From Oligoflexales bacterium (lineage in GTDB: Bacteria > Bdellovibrionota_B > Oligoflexia > Oligoflexales > Bog-1112), in assembly GCA_045106415.1 (NCBI GenBank), contig JBGCEP010000044.1:1-55033 (forward strand): a stretch of 55,033 bases of DNA, in the 5' to 3' direction. Position 1 is the stretch's first letter; each line of letters starts with the position of its first letter. The notes beneath the pieces are model-generated. The model saw nothing but the letters and a program-made list of their open reading frames with translations. It was not told the DNA's origin and did no database searches. Shown here in pieces: positions 19,339-28,223 of the stretch. Position numbers and translations under genes: made by a program.

Positions 19339-20262
19339 ATGCTACGCTGGTTTCTCCAAAGATTTTTAAGTTTATGTCCAATGTGTTTGTGTCTCATCCT
19401 TATTACAGCAAGTATGATGGATCTCATCCCAGGAGATCCTGTTGACCAACTATTAGGAGACTTTGCAACTCTTGAGGAAAAAACAGCCTTAAGAAGCACG
19501 CTCAAACTTGATCAATCTTTATGGGACAGACAATTATCCTACCTACTAGAATTAAAAGAAGGCTCTTTAGGGAGCTCTCTTTTACAAAATAGATCTGTTC
19601 TAACAATGATCTTAGAGCGCATACCTGCGACTATAGAACTTGCTCTTGCATCCATACTTTTTGCTCTTCTCATGAGTTTACCTTTAGGGTTTATTGCTGC
19701 TCTCTCACCAAAAAGCTTCATTGATAAACTCAGTATGTTTATATCTATGCTTGGTGTTTCTATTCCTAATTTCTGGCTGGGCCCACTATTTATTTTATTC
19801 TTTTCACTTTATCTGGGCTGGTTTCCTGTTTCTGAACGAACAGGGTGGATCTCTTTAGTTCTTCCAGCAATGACCCTTGGAACATCGCTTGCAGCTATAC
19901 TCACTCGCATGACACGAAACTCAATCCTTGATACCTTGGGCCAAGACTATATTCGAACAGCACGTGGAAAAGGCTTAAAAAAATTTCACATTATGGTGTT
20001 TCACATTTTTATCAACGCAGCTCAACCTATCATTACAATTGTGGGCCTGCAATTTGGGGCTCTCCTCACAGGAGCTGTTATTACAGAAAAAATTTTCGAC
20101 TGGCCTGGCTTAGGAACACTTATGCTTGAAGCCCTTGGCAGTCGAGACTACCCTGTCATACAAGGGTGTTTACTTTTTTATGCTTTTTCTTATCTGCTTA
20201 TTAATACTCTTACTGACTTTCTTCTTATTCTTCTGGACCCTCCACAAAGAGAGAAACTCTAA
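19339..20262 (+). CDS. Peptide ABC transporter permease (DppB-like)
   Basis: LIPGDPV, SIPNFWLG, DYIRTARGKGL (EAA-loop region), ITEKIFDWPGLG, RDYPVIQG. Confidence 0.92.
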   Translation: MLRWFLQRFLSLCPMCLCLILITASMMDLIPGDPVDQLLGDFATLEEKTALRSTLKLDQSLWDRQLSYLLELKEGSLGSSLLQNRSVLTMILERIPATIELALASILFALLMSLPLGFIAALSPKSFIDKLSMFISMLGVSIPNFWLGPLFILFFSLYLGWFPVSERTGWISLVLPAMTLGTSLAAILTRMTRNSILDTLGQDYIRTARGKGLKKFHIMVFHIFINAAQPIITIVGLQFGALLTGAVITEKIFDWPGLGTLMLEALGSRDYPVIQGCLLFYAFSYLLINTLTDFLLILLDPPQREKL

Positions 20263-20263
20263 T

Positions 20264-21067
20264 ATGCCAAGCGTTGAAATCCGTAATGCAATTTATGTCA
20301 TCATGCTCTTCTTTCTTCTTATCATTATTGGGCCTATTTTTTATCCTTATGACATCATGTTTTCTGATTTAAGCCTAAGGCTTCAACCTCCATCATTTGC
20401 ACACCCTATGGGAATGGATGCAAGCGGTAATGATGTTCTCCGAGCTGTTCTCTCTGGAGGGCAAACATCTTTATGGATTGCTCTGACCACGGTCACTCTA
20501 TGCTCTATCGTTGGTGTTTCTTTAGGAATGATCGCGGCAACATCAAACTCCCTCCTTGACACCATCATTATGAGAACAGTTGATGTTTTCATGACTTTTC
20601 CAGGCATTCTCCCTGCAATGGTCGTCGCCAGCCTTTTAGAGCCGAGCGCTTTTTCACTGGTGTTAGCTATGAGCCTCACAGGATGGACAGGGAGCACTCG
20701 GTTAATCCGTTCTCAAGCACAAAGTATGATGCAAAAAGACTTTATTCAAGCAGCACATGCACTTGGATGCTCTAAGACACACCTTATTATCAAACACCTC
20801 TTCCCGAACTGTTTAACGCCTTTTCTTATTCATGCCACTTTTTCCCTTAGCAGTGTCATTTTAACCGAATCAAGCCTTACTTTTCTTGGATTTGGGCCAC
20901 AAGAAGGCGCTCCATCATGGGGAGCTCTCTTAAACGAAGGGCGTAGCGTTCTTATGGAAGCTCCTCATTTAAGTATGATTCCTGGGGGAATGATTATGTT
21001 TTTTGTTTTATATCTTAATTTTTTAGGAGATGGGCTTAGAGATTACCTTGACCCTAAACATAAATAG
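20264..21067 (+). CDS. Peptide ABC transporter permease (DppC-like)
   Basis: PPSFAHPMGMD..GNDV, FIQAAHALG, ESSLTFLGFG...PSWG, NFLGDGLRDYLDP; start moved to ATG 20264. Confidence 0.92.
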   Translation: MPSVEIRNAIYVIMLFFLLIIIGPIFYPYDIMFSDLSLRLQPPSFAHPMGMDASGNDVLRAVLSGGQTSLWIALTTVTLCSIVGVSLGMIAATSNSLLDTIIMRTVDVFMTFPGILPAMVVASLLEPSAFSLVLAMSLTGWTGSTRLIRSQAQSMMQKDFIQAAHALGCSKTHLIIKHLFPNCLTPFLIHATFSLSSVILTESSLTFLGFGPQEGAPSWGALLNEGRSVLMEAPHLSMIPGGMIMFFVLYLNFLGDGLRDYLDPKHK

Positions 21068-21074
21068 CAAAAGC

Positions 21075-21111
21075 AAAAAGCGTAGAGCACCTTAGCTCTA
21101 CGCTTTTTTTT
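21075..21111. terminator. Bidirectional intrinsic terminator between the ABC permease and the HU-like gene
   Basis: AAAAAGCGTAGAGC-ACCTTA-GCTCTACGCTTTTTTTT: perfect stem with an A-tract before and a T-tract after, between convergent genes. Confidence 0.9.
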
Positions 21112-21124
21112 ATAAAAACTCTAA

Positions 21125-21637
21125 TTAAACGATGCTTTTAAGAGTTTTCAAAGCACGAAGCTTCACAACATTACGAGCTGGTTTTGCTTTAAATGTTGTT
21201 GGTTCACCTGTAAAAGGGTTGATCCCTTTACGAGATTTAGTAGCTGGCTTCTTCTGCTTAACAATTTTCAACATACCAACAAGATTGAATACGCCTGGGC
21301 CTTTTTTACCCAAGTCCATGTTGATAAGTTCTGTAAGAGCTTCAAAAACATTTTTGACATCAACCTTAGGAAGGCCAGTTGCGTCAGCAAGAATACGGTA
21401 CACTTCGTGCTTCGTACGTGCTTTTTCAACTTTTTCTGCCACTTTGGACAATGGCATTGGGTTTTCTGCTTTAGAGGTGACACGACGGCGAGTCGGAGCT
21501 GCTACAGCTTTCGCTTTTTTAGTCGTTGTCTTTTTAGCAGTTTTTTTCTTAGTTGCAACTGCACGAGTTGTTGTTTTTTTAGCAGCTACTTTCTTTTTTG
21601 TAGCTACTTTCTTTTTTGTCACCTTCTTCTTTGCCAT
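21125..21637 (-). CDS. HU-family nucleoid protein with N-terminal Lys/Ala/Thr-rich histone-H1-like tail
   Basis: C-terminal TKHEVYRILADATGLPKVDVKNVFEAL...KPATKSRKGINPFTGE...KAKPARNVVK is the HU/IHF fold; the first ~55 aa are KKKVA/KKTT repeats. Confidence 0.9.
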   Translation of the reverse strand: MAKKKVTKKKVATKKKVAAKKTTTRAVATKKKTAKKTTTKKAKAVAAPTRRRVTSKAENPMPLSKVAEKVEKARTKHEVYRILADATGLPKVDVKNVFEALTELINMDLGKKGPGVFNLVGMLKIVKQKKPATKSRKGINPFTGEPTTFKAKPARNVVKLRALKTLKSIV

Positions 21638-21738
21638 AATTCTTCTCCAAAGATTTTTTTAACGCACATTGCGATTACTCAAACAGTAAAGACAGTTTAC
21701 CTAAAAATCAAGAGTCAGAACAGCTATATAACAAGTTA

Positions 21739-23175
21739 TTAGTGTGTTTGGGTCGAATTTAAGTGAATTTTTGGATTTTTTTCAGCAAAAACAGCTAAAA
21801 GTCTTTGCAAATACTGGTCAAATTCAGTCTCTTCCATTTTTTGACTGCCATTTAATAAAGCTTCTTTCTCAGTTCTATTTAAAGAATCAAAGAACTTTCT
21901 CTTTAGTAAATTATAATTTAATGGCTTTACTCTTTTCATCTCGACAAGATCTGAAGCTTTTTCTAGAGTTTTTCCGGTTTCCTCTACCCGTTCTATATGC
22001 TTTGGCCTTGTATTCGCAAACTCATACCGCTTTTCTGACTTGGTCCCTAAATTCGATTTTTCATTTTTAAAATCACTTTCAGAAAAAGCATCAATGACTC
22101 GCGCACTAGACATCAAATCAATATCAATCCAAAAGTGGTAAAAAGAATTGTCTAATACTTCATTACAAAATTCATCAAAATGGTCATCTGAGTTTTTCAA
22201 AATTTGACCAGCAACTGTTGTTTGCAACGCAACAGGGAGAAGCAAATCCTTATGAGTAAGCCTATATTTCCATTCTTGAGCAAGCCAATTCAAAGAAATA
22301 ATATAGCCACTTTGCAAACGAGCAACAAAAACATCCTGATCGCTGACATCAAAAGCATTCTTGTTTAAGTACTTTTGATACAATTTGACAAACACTTTGC
22401 TTACGTCAGAAACATAAGCCTCATAAAACTCTTCTCTTCGTTCCGTATTTGCTTCTTTCCAGTAAATCAGTGAGCCTTCTTCATAGGCGTTTACCGGTGT
22501 TTCGCCTAAATTTGTTAACACACCGTGGTCTTTCAAACGCCTCATAAAAGCACTAAGCCTGTGCCGCCCTCCAGCGCTTACCCAATCTTGAGGGCAAATA
22601 GCTATCCCGTGCACATGGTCTGCATGAACTCGGTGCTCCCCATCTTGCATTGCCTTTTCCATACGGAGGTACAGATCAAGGTCTTTTGCAGTCATATCTA
22701 TAAAAGCAGAGTTTAAGACTGAAAATGTTTTCTGACACCAAGAGTGCTGTGGGCGACCTGCATAAAACTCAAACCCAACAACCCATGGGAGAATATGATC
22801 AGCCACCTCAAAAGTGACTTGAGCATCCAGGACAGAAAAATCCCAACTTTCATGGGTAAAAAAAGGCTTGGCAACCCCTTGTGTATTTAAAAGACGCAAA
22901 CCACCAAGTGCTTCTAAAACACGCTCCATCTTTTTCTGCAAACGCTTCACACCAGGACAAAGCTTCAAAGCATCTTCCACGCTAAGACACCAAGACTGTG
23001 AGCCTGATAAAATCACGCTGCGTAAATCATTCAAAAGCAAAGCTAACAGCTGTAACTCATCTACATCAAAGCGAGGAGTCACTGCTGGCATATATTCACT
23101 TTTCTGATCCCACGCATGACGCCAACACTCCCACCACCAACCTGGTAATATCATGCGTCGTGATTTCTGTTTCAT
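21739..23175 (-). CDS. Hypothetical 478-aa protein; N-terminal half resembles tandem winged-helix replication initiators (Rep_3-like, tentative)
   Basis: Long ORF co-oriented with its neighbours; the CDS is likely real, but the family assignment is by-eye pattern only. Confidence 0.6.
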   Translation of the reverse strand: MKQKSRRMILPGWWWECWRHAWDQKSEYMPAVTPRFDVDELQLLALLLNDLRSVILSGSQSWCLSVEDALKLCPGVKRLQKKMERVLEALGGLRLLNTQGVAKPFFTHESWDFSVLDAQVTFEVADHILPWVVGFEFYAGRPQHSWCQKTFSVLNSAFIDMTAKDLDLYLRMEKAMQDGEHRVHADHVHGIAICPQDWVSAGGRHRLSAFMRRLKDHGVLTNLGETPVNAYEEGSLIYWKEANTERREEFYEAYVSDVSKVFVKLYQKYLNKNAFDVSDQDVFVARLQSGYIISLNWLAQEWKYRLTHKDLLLPVALQTTVAGQILKNSDDHFDEFCNEVLDNSFYHFWIDIDLMSSARVIDAFSESDFKNEKSNLGTKSEKRYEFANTRPKHIERVEETGKTLEKASDLVEMKRVKPLNYNLLKRKFFDSLNRTEKEALLNGSQKMEETEFDQYLQRLLAVFAEKNPKIHLNSTQTH

Positions 23176-23186
23176 AGTCTCTCGTC

Positions 23187-23570
23187 TTAAACATCAAGCT
23201 TCAAAAGCGCGTAGATAACATTTATTGTTTCCAACTGTACACCAGAAGTTTTCTGATACTGCTCGTAATAAAGGTCTGCTACTTCTAAACTCTCTATGCT
23301 CACATCATCAATACGCGCTTTTGCCCATATTTTTTTTTCTTGATCGAGCCATTTTTTTATATACAGTTGCCTCAATTCATCTTGAGTGCGGAAGGTTACG
23401 ACGATATAAGAGTGATCCCCTCCTGTCCAGACCCCTTTCTCACTCATTTGCACCCACGCTGGCTGGCTTTTCCGACTTCTTTCAATAACCTCTTCAAGTT
23501 CGAGGGGTTGACACGAAAACAAAAATCCAACTAAAAAATATTTTTTCAGACTACTTCTTTTTTTTATCAT
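23187..23570 (-). CDS. Putative lipoprotein
   Basis: From ATG 23570: basic N-region MIKKRSSLKK, hydrophobic YFLVGFLFS-C lipobox-like Cys, then QPAWV. Confidence 0.6.
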   Translation of the reverse strand: MIKKRSSLKKYFLVGFLFSCQPLELEEVIERSRKSQPAWVQMSEKGVWTGGDHSYIVVTFRTQDELRQLYIKKWLDQEKKIWAKARIDDVSIESLEVADLYYEQYQKTSGVQLETINVIYALLKLDV

Positions 23571-23763
23571 CACCTGGTTTACTTTCTTTTTCACGCCGAT
23601 TCGCCTGGTCAAATGCTGATTCATGGAAGGATTGTTTTAATTCTCTCAACTTGTCTAAAACAATCCTTTTTAAATGAGGGCTGTCTGCAATGACTTGCCC
23701 TAACATTTCATAGTCATCTTTATAACTTTTCGCTCCACCTTCTTTCTTTTCTTCTTTTGCCAT
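23551..23763 (-). CDS. Small charged hypothetical protein (70 aa)
   Basis: Strong AGGAGA Shine-Dalgarno upstream of ATG 23763; first gene of a minus-strand cluster divergent from ftsY. Confidence 0.7.
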   Translation of the reverse strand: MAKEEKKEGGAKSYKDDYEMLGQVIADSPHLKRIVLDKLRELKQSFHESAFDQANRREKESKPGDDKKKK

Positions 23764-23855
23764 ATGGATCTCCTAAAGACTTGTCATGAACTCTTTTGAT
23801 AGTCTACCCTGGACTGCATTCACCGCAAGAACCACGTGGATCAAAAAGGACCATA

Positions 23856-24914
23856 ATGGACTTCACACTTGATACAACAATCCCGCTCTTCATTATTGCT
23901 TTTGGGCACTTTATCCCTACTTTTCTACTCATTCAAATACTAAGAGCACCTGAAAAACAAACATTTCCAACACCTGCAGAAGCCTCTATTCCTCTTGCTG
24001 AGCCTACGGTAGGTTGGTCGGAAAGACTCAAATTAGGCCTTAGCAAAAGCCGTGCTCAACTAGCAAAAGCACAGATGCTATTCCAAGGCAAAACCTATAT
24101 CGATGAAAACCTCCTAGAACAGCTCCATGAAACGCTATATCGTTGTGACCTCGGGCCCTCCGTTACAGATGACTTTATTGACCATATCCGCCAGACATCA
24201 AAAGGATCCGAACTAGACTATCAACAAGTCATGCGACTTATGCAGCAGAGAAGTCACGATATTTTATCCGCTCCGTCGCAAAACGCACCCCACACGCCTT
24301 CTCTTCAGGTTATTCTCATGGTTGGAGTCAACGGTGCAGGCAAAACAACCACAACAGGGAAGCTGGCTGCTAAGCTAAAAGCCGAGGGGAAAAGCGTCAT
24401 TCTGGGCGCAGCGGATACTTTTCGAGCTGCTGCAAGTGAGCAATTAGAAGAATGGGGTAAACGAACAGGAGCAGAAGTCGTCCGTCATACCTCTGGGAGT
24501 GATCCTGCAGCAGTCGCGTGTGACTGTATCCGCGCGGCAATTGCTCGCCAGCATGATGTCGCTATTATCGACACAGCCGGCCGCTTACATAATAAAACAG
24601 ACCTAATGAACCAACTTCAAAAAGTCAAACGCGTCATTGAAAAAGAGTGTCCTGGTGCACCACATGAAACCTGGCTTGTTCTCGACGCCACAACTGGGCA
24701 AAATGCACTCCCCCAAGTTCAAGCCTTTAAACAAGCAACCCCTCTCACTGGTGTCATTATGACAAAACTCGATGGCACTGCAAAAGGCGGCGCCCTCATC
24801 TCCGTAACACACCAGCACAAAATCCCTGTAAAATTCATCGGAGTTGGTGAAAGCGCTGATGACCTCCAGCCTTTTCGACCTCAAGAATTTTCTGAATCTC
24901 TCTTCCCAGCTTAA
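23856..24914 (+). CDS. ftsY: Signal recognition particle receptor FtsY (with N-terminal hydrophobic segment)
   Basis: GVNGAGKTTT, AADTFRAAA, DTAGRLHNK, LDATTGQNA, TKLDGTAKGG, IGVGE. Confidence 0.96.
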   Translation: MDFTLDTTIPLFIIAFGHFIPTFLLIQILRAPEKQTFPTPAEASIPLAEPTVGWSERLKLGLSKSRAQLAKAQMLFQGKTYIDENLLEQLHETLYRCDLGPSVTDDFIDHIRQTSKGSELDYQQVMRLMQQRSHDILSAPSQNAPHTPSLQVILMVGVNGAGKTTTTGKLAAKLKAEGKSVILGAADTFRAAASEQLEEWGKRTGAEVVRHTSGSDPAAVACDCIRAAIARQHDVAIIDTAGRLHNKTDLMNQLQKVKRVIEKECPGAPHETWLVLDATTGQNALPQVQAFKQATPLTGVIMTKLDGTAKGGALISVTHQHKIPVKFIGVGESADDLQPFRPQEFSESLFPA

Positions 24915-24929
24915 AAATAGATAAAAACC

Positions 24930-24958
24930 TTGACACCCCAAAAAGAGATTGGTAACTT
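24930..24958 (+). promoter_or_regulatory. Sigma70 promoter of tRNA-Val
   Basis: TTGACA (24930-24935), 17 nt spacer, TAACTT (24953-24958); 13 nt before the tRNA. Confidence 0.8.
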
Positions 24959-24971
24959 CGTCCTCACTTTC

Positions 24972-25048
24972 AGGGGTGTAGCTCAGTTGGTTAGAGCGCT
25001 ACGTTGACATCGTAGAGGTCTCCAGTTCGAATCTGGACATCCCTACCA
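24972..25048 (+). tRNA. tRNA-Val(GAC)
   Basis: Cloverleaf: acceptor AGGGGTG/CATCCCT, anticodon arm CTACG-TTGACAT-CGTAG, TTCGAAT T-loop, encoded CCA. Confidence 0.97.
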
Positions 25049-26013
25049 CTTCTTCCTCCAAAACATCTTCCCAAATACCACTTAAGATTCTCACACATGC
25101 ACAAACTGCATATATAAAGTGTATGAACACAGGCTATAGCATTAGATATGTTTCATTGACGTGTTCAGAATTGCAAGAGGCTAGTAAATCCGCCTTTTAA
25201 AGGAGTATTTGGTATCTATGAGCATGTAAATAAAATTCTTCCTTGCTATATTTTGCATAAAATCATGACAATTTTGGATATGCTCCTACAAGTCCGCACC
25301 GCTTCTGCTTTTTACCTTAAAGCATTACGATCACCTAAAAAATACCAGCTATCTTTCGCATTACTCTTTGAACAGAGTCTGCTATACCAACGCCAACTAC
25401 GAACCCGCGTAAATTCATGCAAAGCTCATACTTAAATTAAAAACATTACTTTTTTACTTTATCTACTCAGGAATTATTTGACCAAAACCAGCGGTCAGAC
25501 AGGATATCTAGGAAAACCTTGCAAAAGTCAACCACCTCGTTGGAGGAGATGAAATTTCCGTATTCAATAAAAATATTCAATCCACTGAAATTCAAAATAT
25601 CACTCACACTAAAAATCACATAAATTTTCAAGTTCTAGGCTACGACACAGTCTTCACCCCTGTGAACAAAACATATTTTTCATGTAGAAGATCCCACCAG
25701 GATTATAACTCTTGTCATGATAGCTTTTTGCATTATTCCCACAACAAAAGCTATCACGCATGTATGTTACATAGCATACGCTGGGATTTATAAGACATCT
25801 TGTGCAATCAACAGAGTCATCCCATTCTCAACAAAGTTCACAACAATTCAAAAAAGTTTTAGACAGAGAGCGACTCATTCTTCCTAGAAAACTAACAACA
25901 TATACGCAGAAGAGTAAATAATGTGCTTAAAATGAAAAAAGCAACAAACGTTTTTTTCAACACTTTAAAAAATAAGCCATTAAGCCATACCGTCGTGAAT
26001 ACGGTGAAACAAC

Positions 26014-26050
26014 AAAAAAAGATGCCTCTACTTGTATATAGAGGCATCTT
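26014..26050 (-). terminator. Intrinsic terminator after fusA
   Basis: AAGATGCCTCTA/TAGAGGCATCTT 12-bp stem followed on the minus strand by a U-tract; 27 bp past the fusA stop. Confidence 0.88.
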
Positions 26051-26076
26051 AGCAAGTACAAAAAATGTTCTTATGA

Positions 26077-28134
26077 CTAGTGACGCATTGCGTCTAGCAC
26101 TTTTTTTGGGGCTTCCTCATACTTTAAAAAGCTCATAGAGCACGTTGCTCGGCCTTGAGAAATCGATCTGAGCGAGGTTGTATAACCAAACAGCTCAGAT
26201 AAAGGAGCTTGAGCATCTACAGATTGTAAATGACCACGGGATGACACCATATTCACCTGCGCACGCCGTGCATTTAAATCTGTCATAATGTTAGACAAGT
26301 AGTCTTCAGGAACAATCACTTCCATTTTCATAACAGGCTCTAACAAACATGACTCACCTGTTATCAAAGCGTCTCGTACAGCGTTTGCAGCAGCAACATG
26401 AAATACGCCTTCTTCCATACACTCTGCATCCATTTCTCCACCTAGAACTGTCACTTTAAGACCAAGAACTTTAGAGCTCAAAATAGGGCCTGACTCTAGC
26501 GCTTGCTCTGCACCTTTTGAAACTGATTTGTGGAACTCTTCTGGCAACGCAGCCCAAGTCACACTAACAACATCTTCACCTGATTGGTCCGTCATTGGCG
26601 TCAGTTCAATATTCACTTTTGCGAACTGCTTTTTACCCGCAACATCACGATCTACCAGACCTGTCCCTTTTTGTGACTTTTTTAAAGTCTCTCGCCATGA
26701 AACTTGTGGATTACCCACATTCACATTCACTTGAAACTCACGCTTTAGCCGGTCTACAATGACATCCAAATGAAGCTCACCCATACCACGAATCAATTTT
26801 TGGCCCGTTTCAACATTATCGCTCACTCGAAACGTTGGGTCTTCAGCTTGCAATTGTGTCAAGGCTCCAGCCAACTTAGCTTCGTCCGCACGACTTGCCG
26901 GCTCCACAGCTACTGCAACAACAGGCTCAGGAAAAGTCACAGATTCATAACGAATAGGGTTTTTATGATCACAAAATGTATCACCTGTGACTGTTTGGCG
27001 AGGACCCACAAGGGCCACAATCTGACCAGCTTCAACTGTTTGTATTTCAGTGCGACGGTTCGCTTCCATTTGTAGAATCTTCTGTATACGCTCTCTTTTA
27101 CCAGTTCGAGAATTATAAACAACCTCACCAACCTTAAGGCGTCCTGAATAAATTCTTGCAAATACAAGCTGTCCCACAAAAGGGTCTGCCATCATTTTAA
27201 ACGCAAGAGCAGAAAAAGACTCATCAGCTTGGCGTTTTCGCACAAGGACGTCTTCTGCATCATCTGCTGTTAAGCCAGTCATTTCCGACAAATCAACAGG
27301 TGAAGGTAAATAAGCAATGACAGCATCCATCAACGGCTGGATACCTTTATTTTTAAAAGCACTTCCACACAACACAGGAACAATATGTTGATTCACAGTT
27401 AAACGTCGTAACGACGCTGTTAGCAGATCAATATCAACATCACCTGTTTCTAAGAACGCCTCCATAAGTTGCTCATCATGCTCCGACAAAGCATCAAACA
27501 TCAGCTCTCGAGCCATCTGAACTTCATCATGGTAATTTTCAGGAATATCTTCCGTAATGAAATCAGTCCCATCACTATCATCAGACCAATGTAAAAATTT
27601 CTGCTGAACAAGGTCAATGACACCTTGAAACTCGTCTTCAGCGCCAACAGGCAGTTGAATGGGAACAACATTTGCGCCTAAGCGTTTTTTCATAGACTCC
27701 ACAGAGTCTTCAAACGATGCACCCACACGATCCATTTTATTTACAAATGCGAGCCGAGGTACAGCATACCGATCTGCTTGTCTCCAAACAGTTTCTGATT
27801 GAGGCTCAACACCGTGGACACCATCAAAAACAGCCACAGCACCATCAAGCACACGCAACGAGCGTTCAACCTCAACTGTAAAATCCACATGCCCTGGGGT
27901 ATCAATCAAATTAATATGAGCATCTTTCCATTGACACGAAACAGCAGCAGAAGTAATCGTAATTCCTCGCTCCTGCTCTTGAATCATCCAGTCTGTCGTT
28001 GCAGCACCATCATGGACTTCCCCCATTCTGTGAATTTTACCTGTGTAATATAAAATTCTTTCGGTGGTTGTCGTCTTACCCGCATCAATATGCGCCATAA
28101 TCCCAATATTTCGAACACGTGTCAGATCAGCCAT
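26077..28134 (-). CDS. fusA: Elongation factor G (divergent domain IV, EF-G2/recycling-type)
   Basis: [46 protein letters not shown]; follows rpsL-rpsG. Confidence 0.93.
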   Translation of the reverse strand: MADLTRVRNIGIMAHIDAGKTTTTERILYYTGKIHRMGEVHDGAATTDWMIQEQERGITITSAAVSCQWKDAHINLIDTPGHVDFTVEVERSLRVLDGAVAVFDGVHGVEPQSETVWRQADRYAVPRLAFVNKMDRVGASFEDSVESMKKRLGANVVPIQLPVGAEDEFQGVIDLVQQKFLHWSDDSDGTDFITEDIPENYHDEVQMARELMFDALSEHDEQLMEAFLETGDVDIDLLTASLRRLTVNQHIVPVLCGSAFKNKGIQPLMDAVIAYLPSPVDLSEMTGLTADDAEDVLVRKRQADESFSALAFKMMADPFVGQLVFARIYSGRLKVGEVVYNSRTGKRERIQKILQMEANRRTEIQTVEAGQIVALVGPRQTVTGDTFCDHKNPIRYESVTFPEPVVAVAVEPASRADEAKLAGALTQLQAEDPTFRVSDNVETGQKLIRGMGELHLDVIVDRLKREFQVNVNVGNPQVSWRETLKKSQKGTGLVDRDVAGKKQFAKVNIELTPMTDQSGEDVVSVTWAALPEEFHKSVSKGAEQALESGPILSSKVLGLKVTVLGGEMDAECMEEGVFHVAAANAVRDALITGESCLLEPVMKMEVIVPEDYLSNIMTDLNARRAQVNMVSSRGHLQSVDAQAPLSELFGYTTSLRSISQGRATCSMSFLKYEEAPKKVLDAMRH

Positions 28135-28154
28135 TTTTTTACCTTTAATCGCAT

Positions 28155-28200
28155 AAGAAACAACAATGGCCAGCAGTCCTAAAAGGATTGCTGGCCATTG
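28155..28200 (-). terminator. Terminator/attenuator-like hairpin between rpsG and fusA
   Basis: Minus strand CAATGGCCAGCAATCCT-TTT-AGGACTGCTGGCCATTG (17-bp stem, one mismatch) followed by TTGTTTCTT. Confidence 0.65.
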
Positions 28201-28223
28201 AAAGACTCGAGAACTTTAAAAGA

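Noticed and set aside
21132..21742. 176-aa and 111-aa plus-strand ORFs with hydrophobic or F/C/S-rich sequence
   Set aside because: Antisense shadows of the Lys-rich HU gene.
25037..25084. Partial repeat of the tRNA-Val 3' end (TACCACTT twice) as a possible att site
   Set aside because: Only 8 bp identical, about 30 bp apart; too short and too close to delimit an island.
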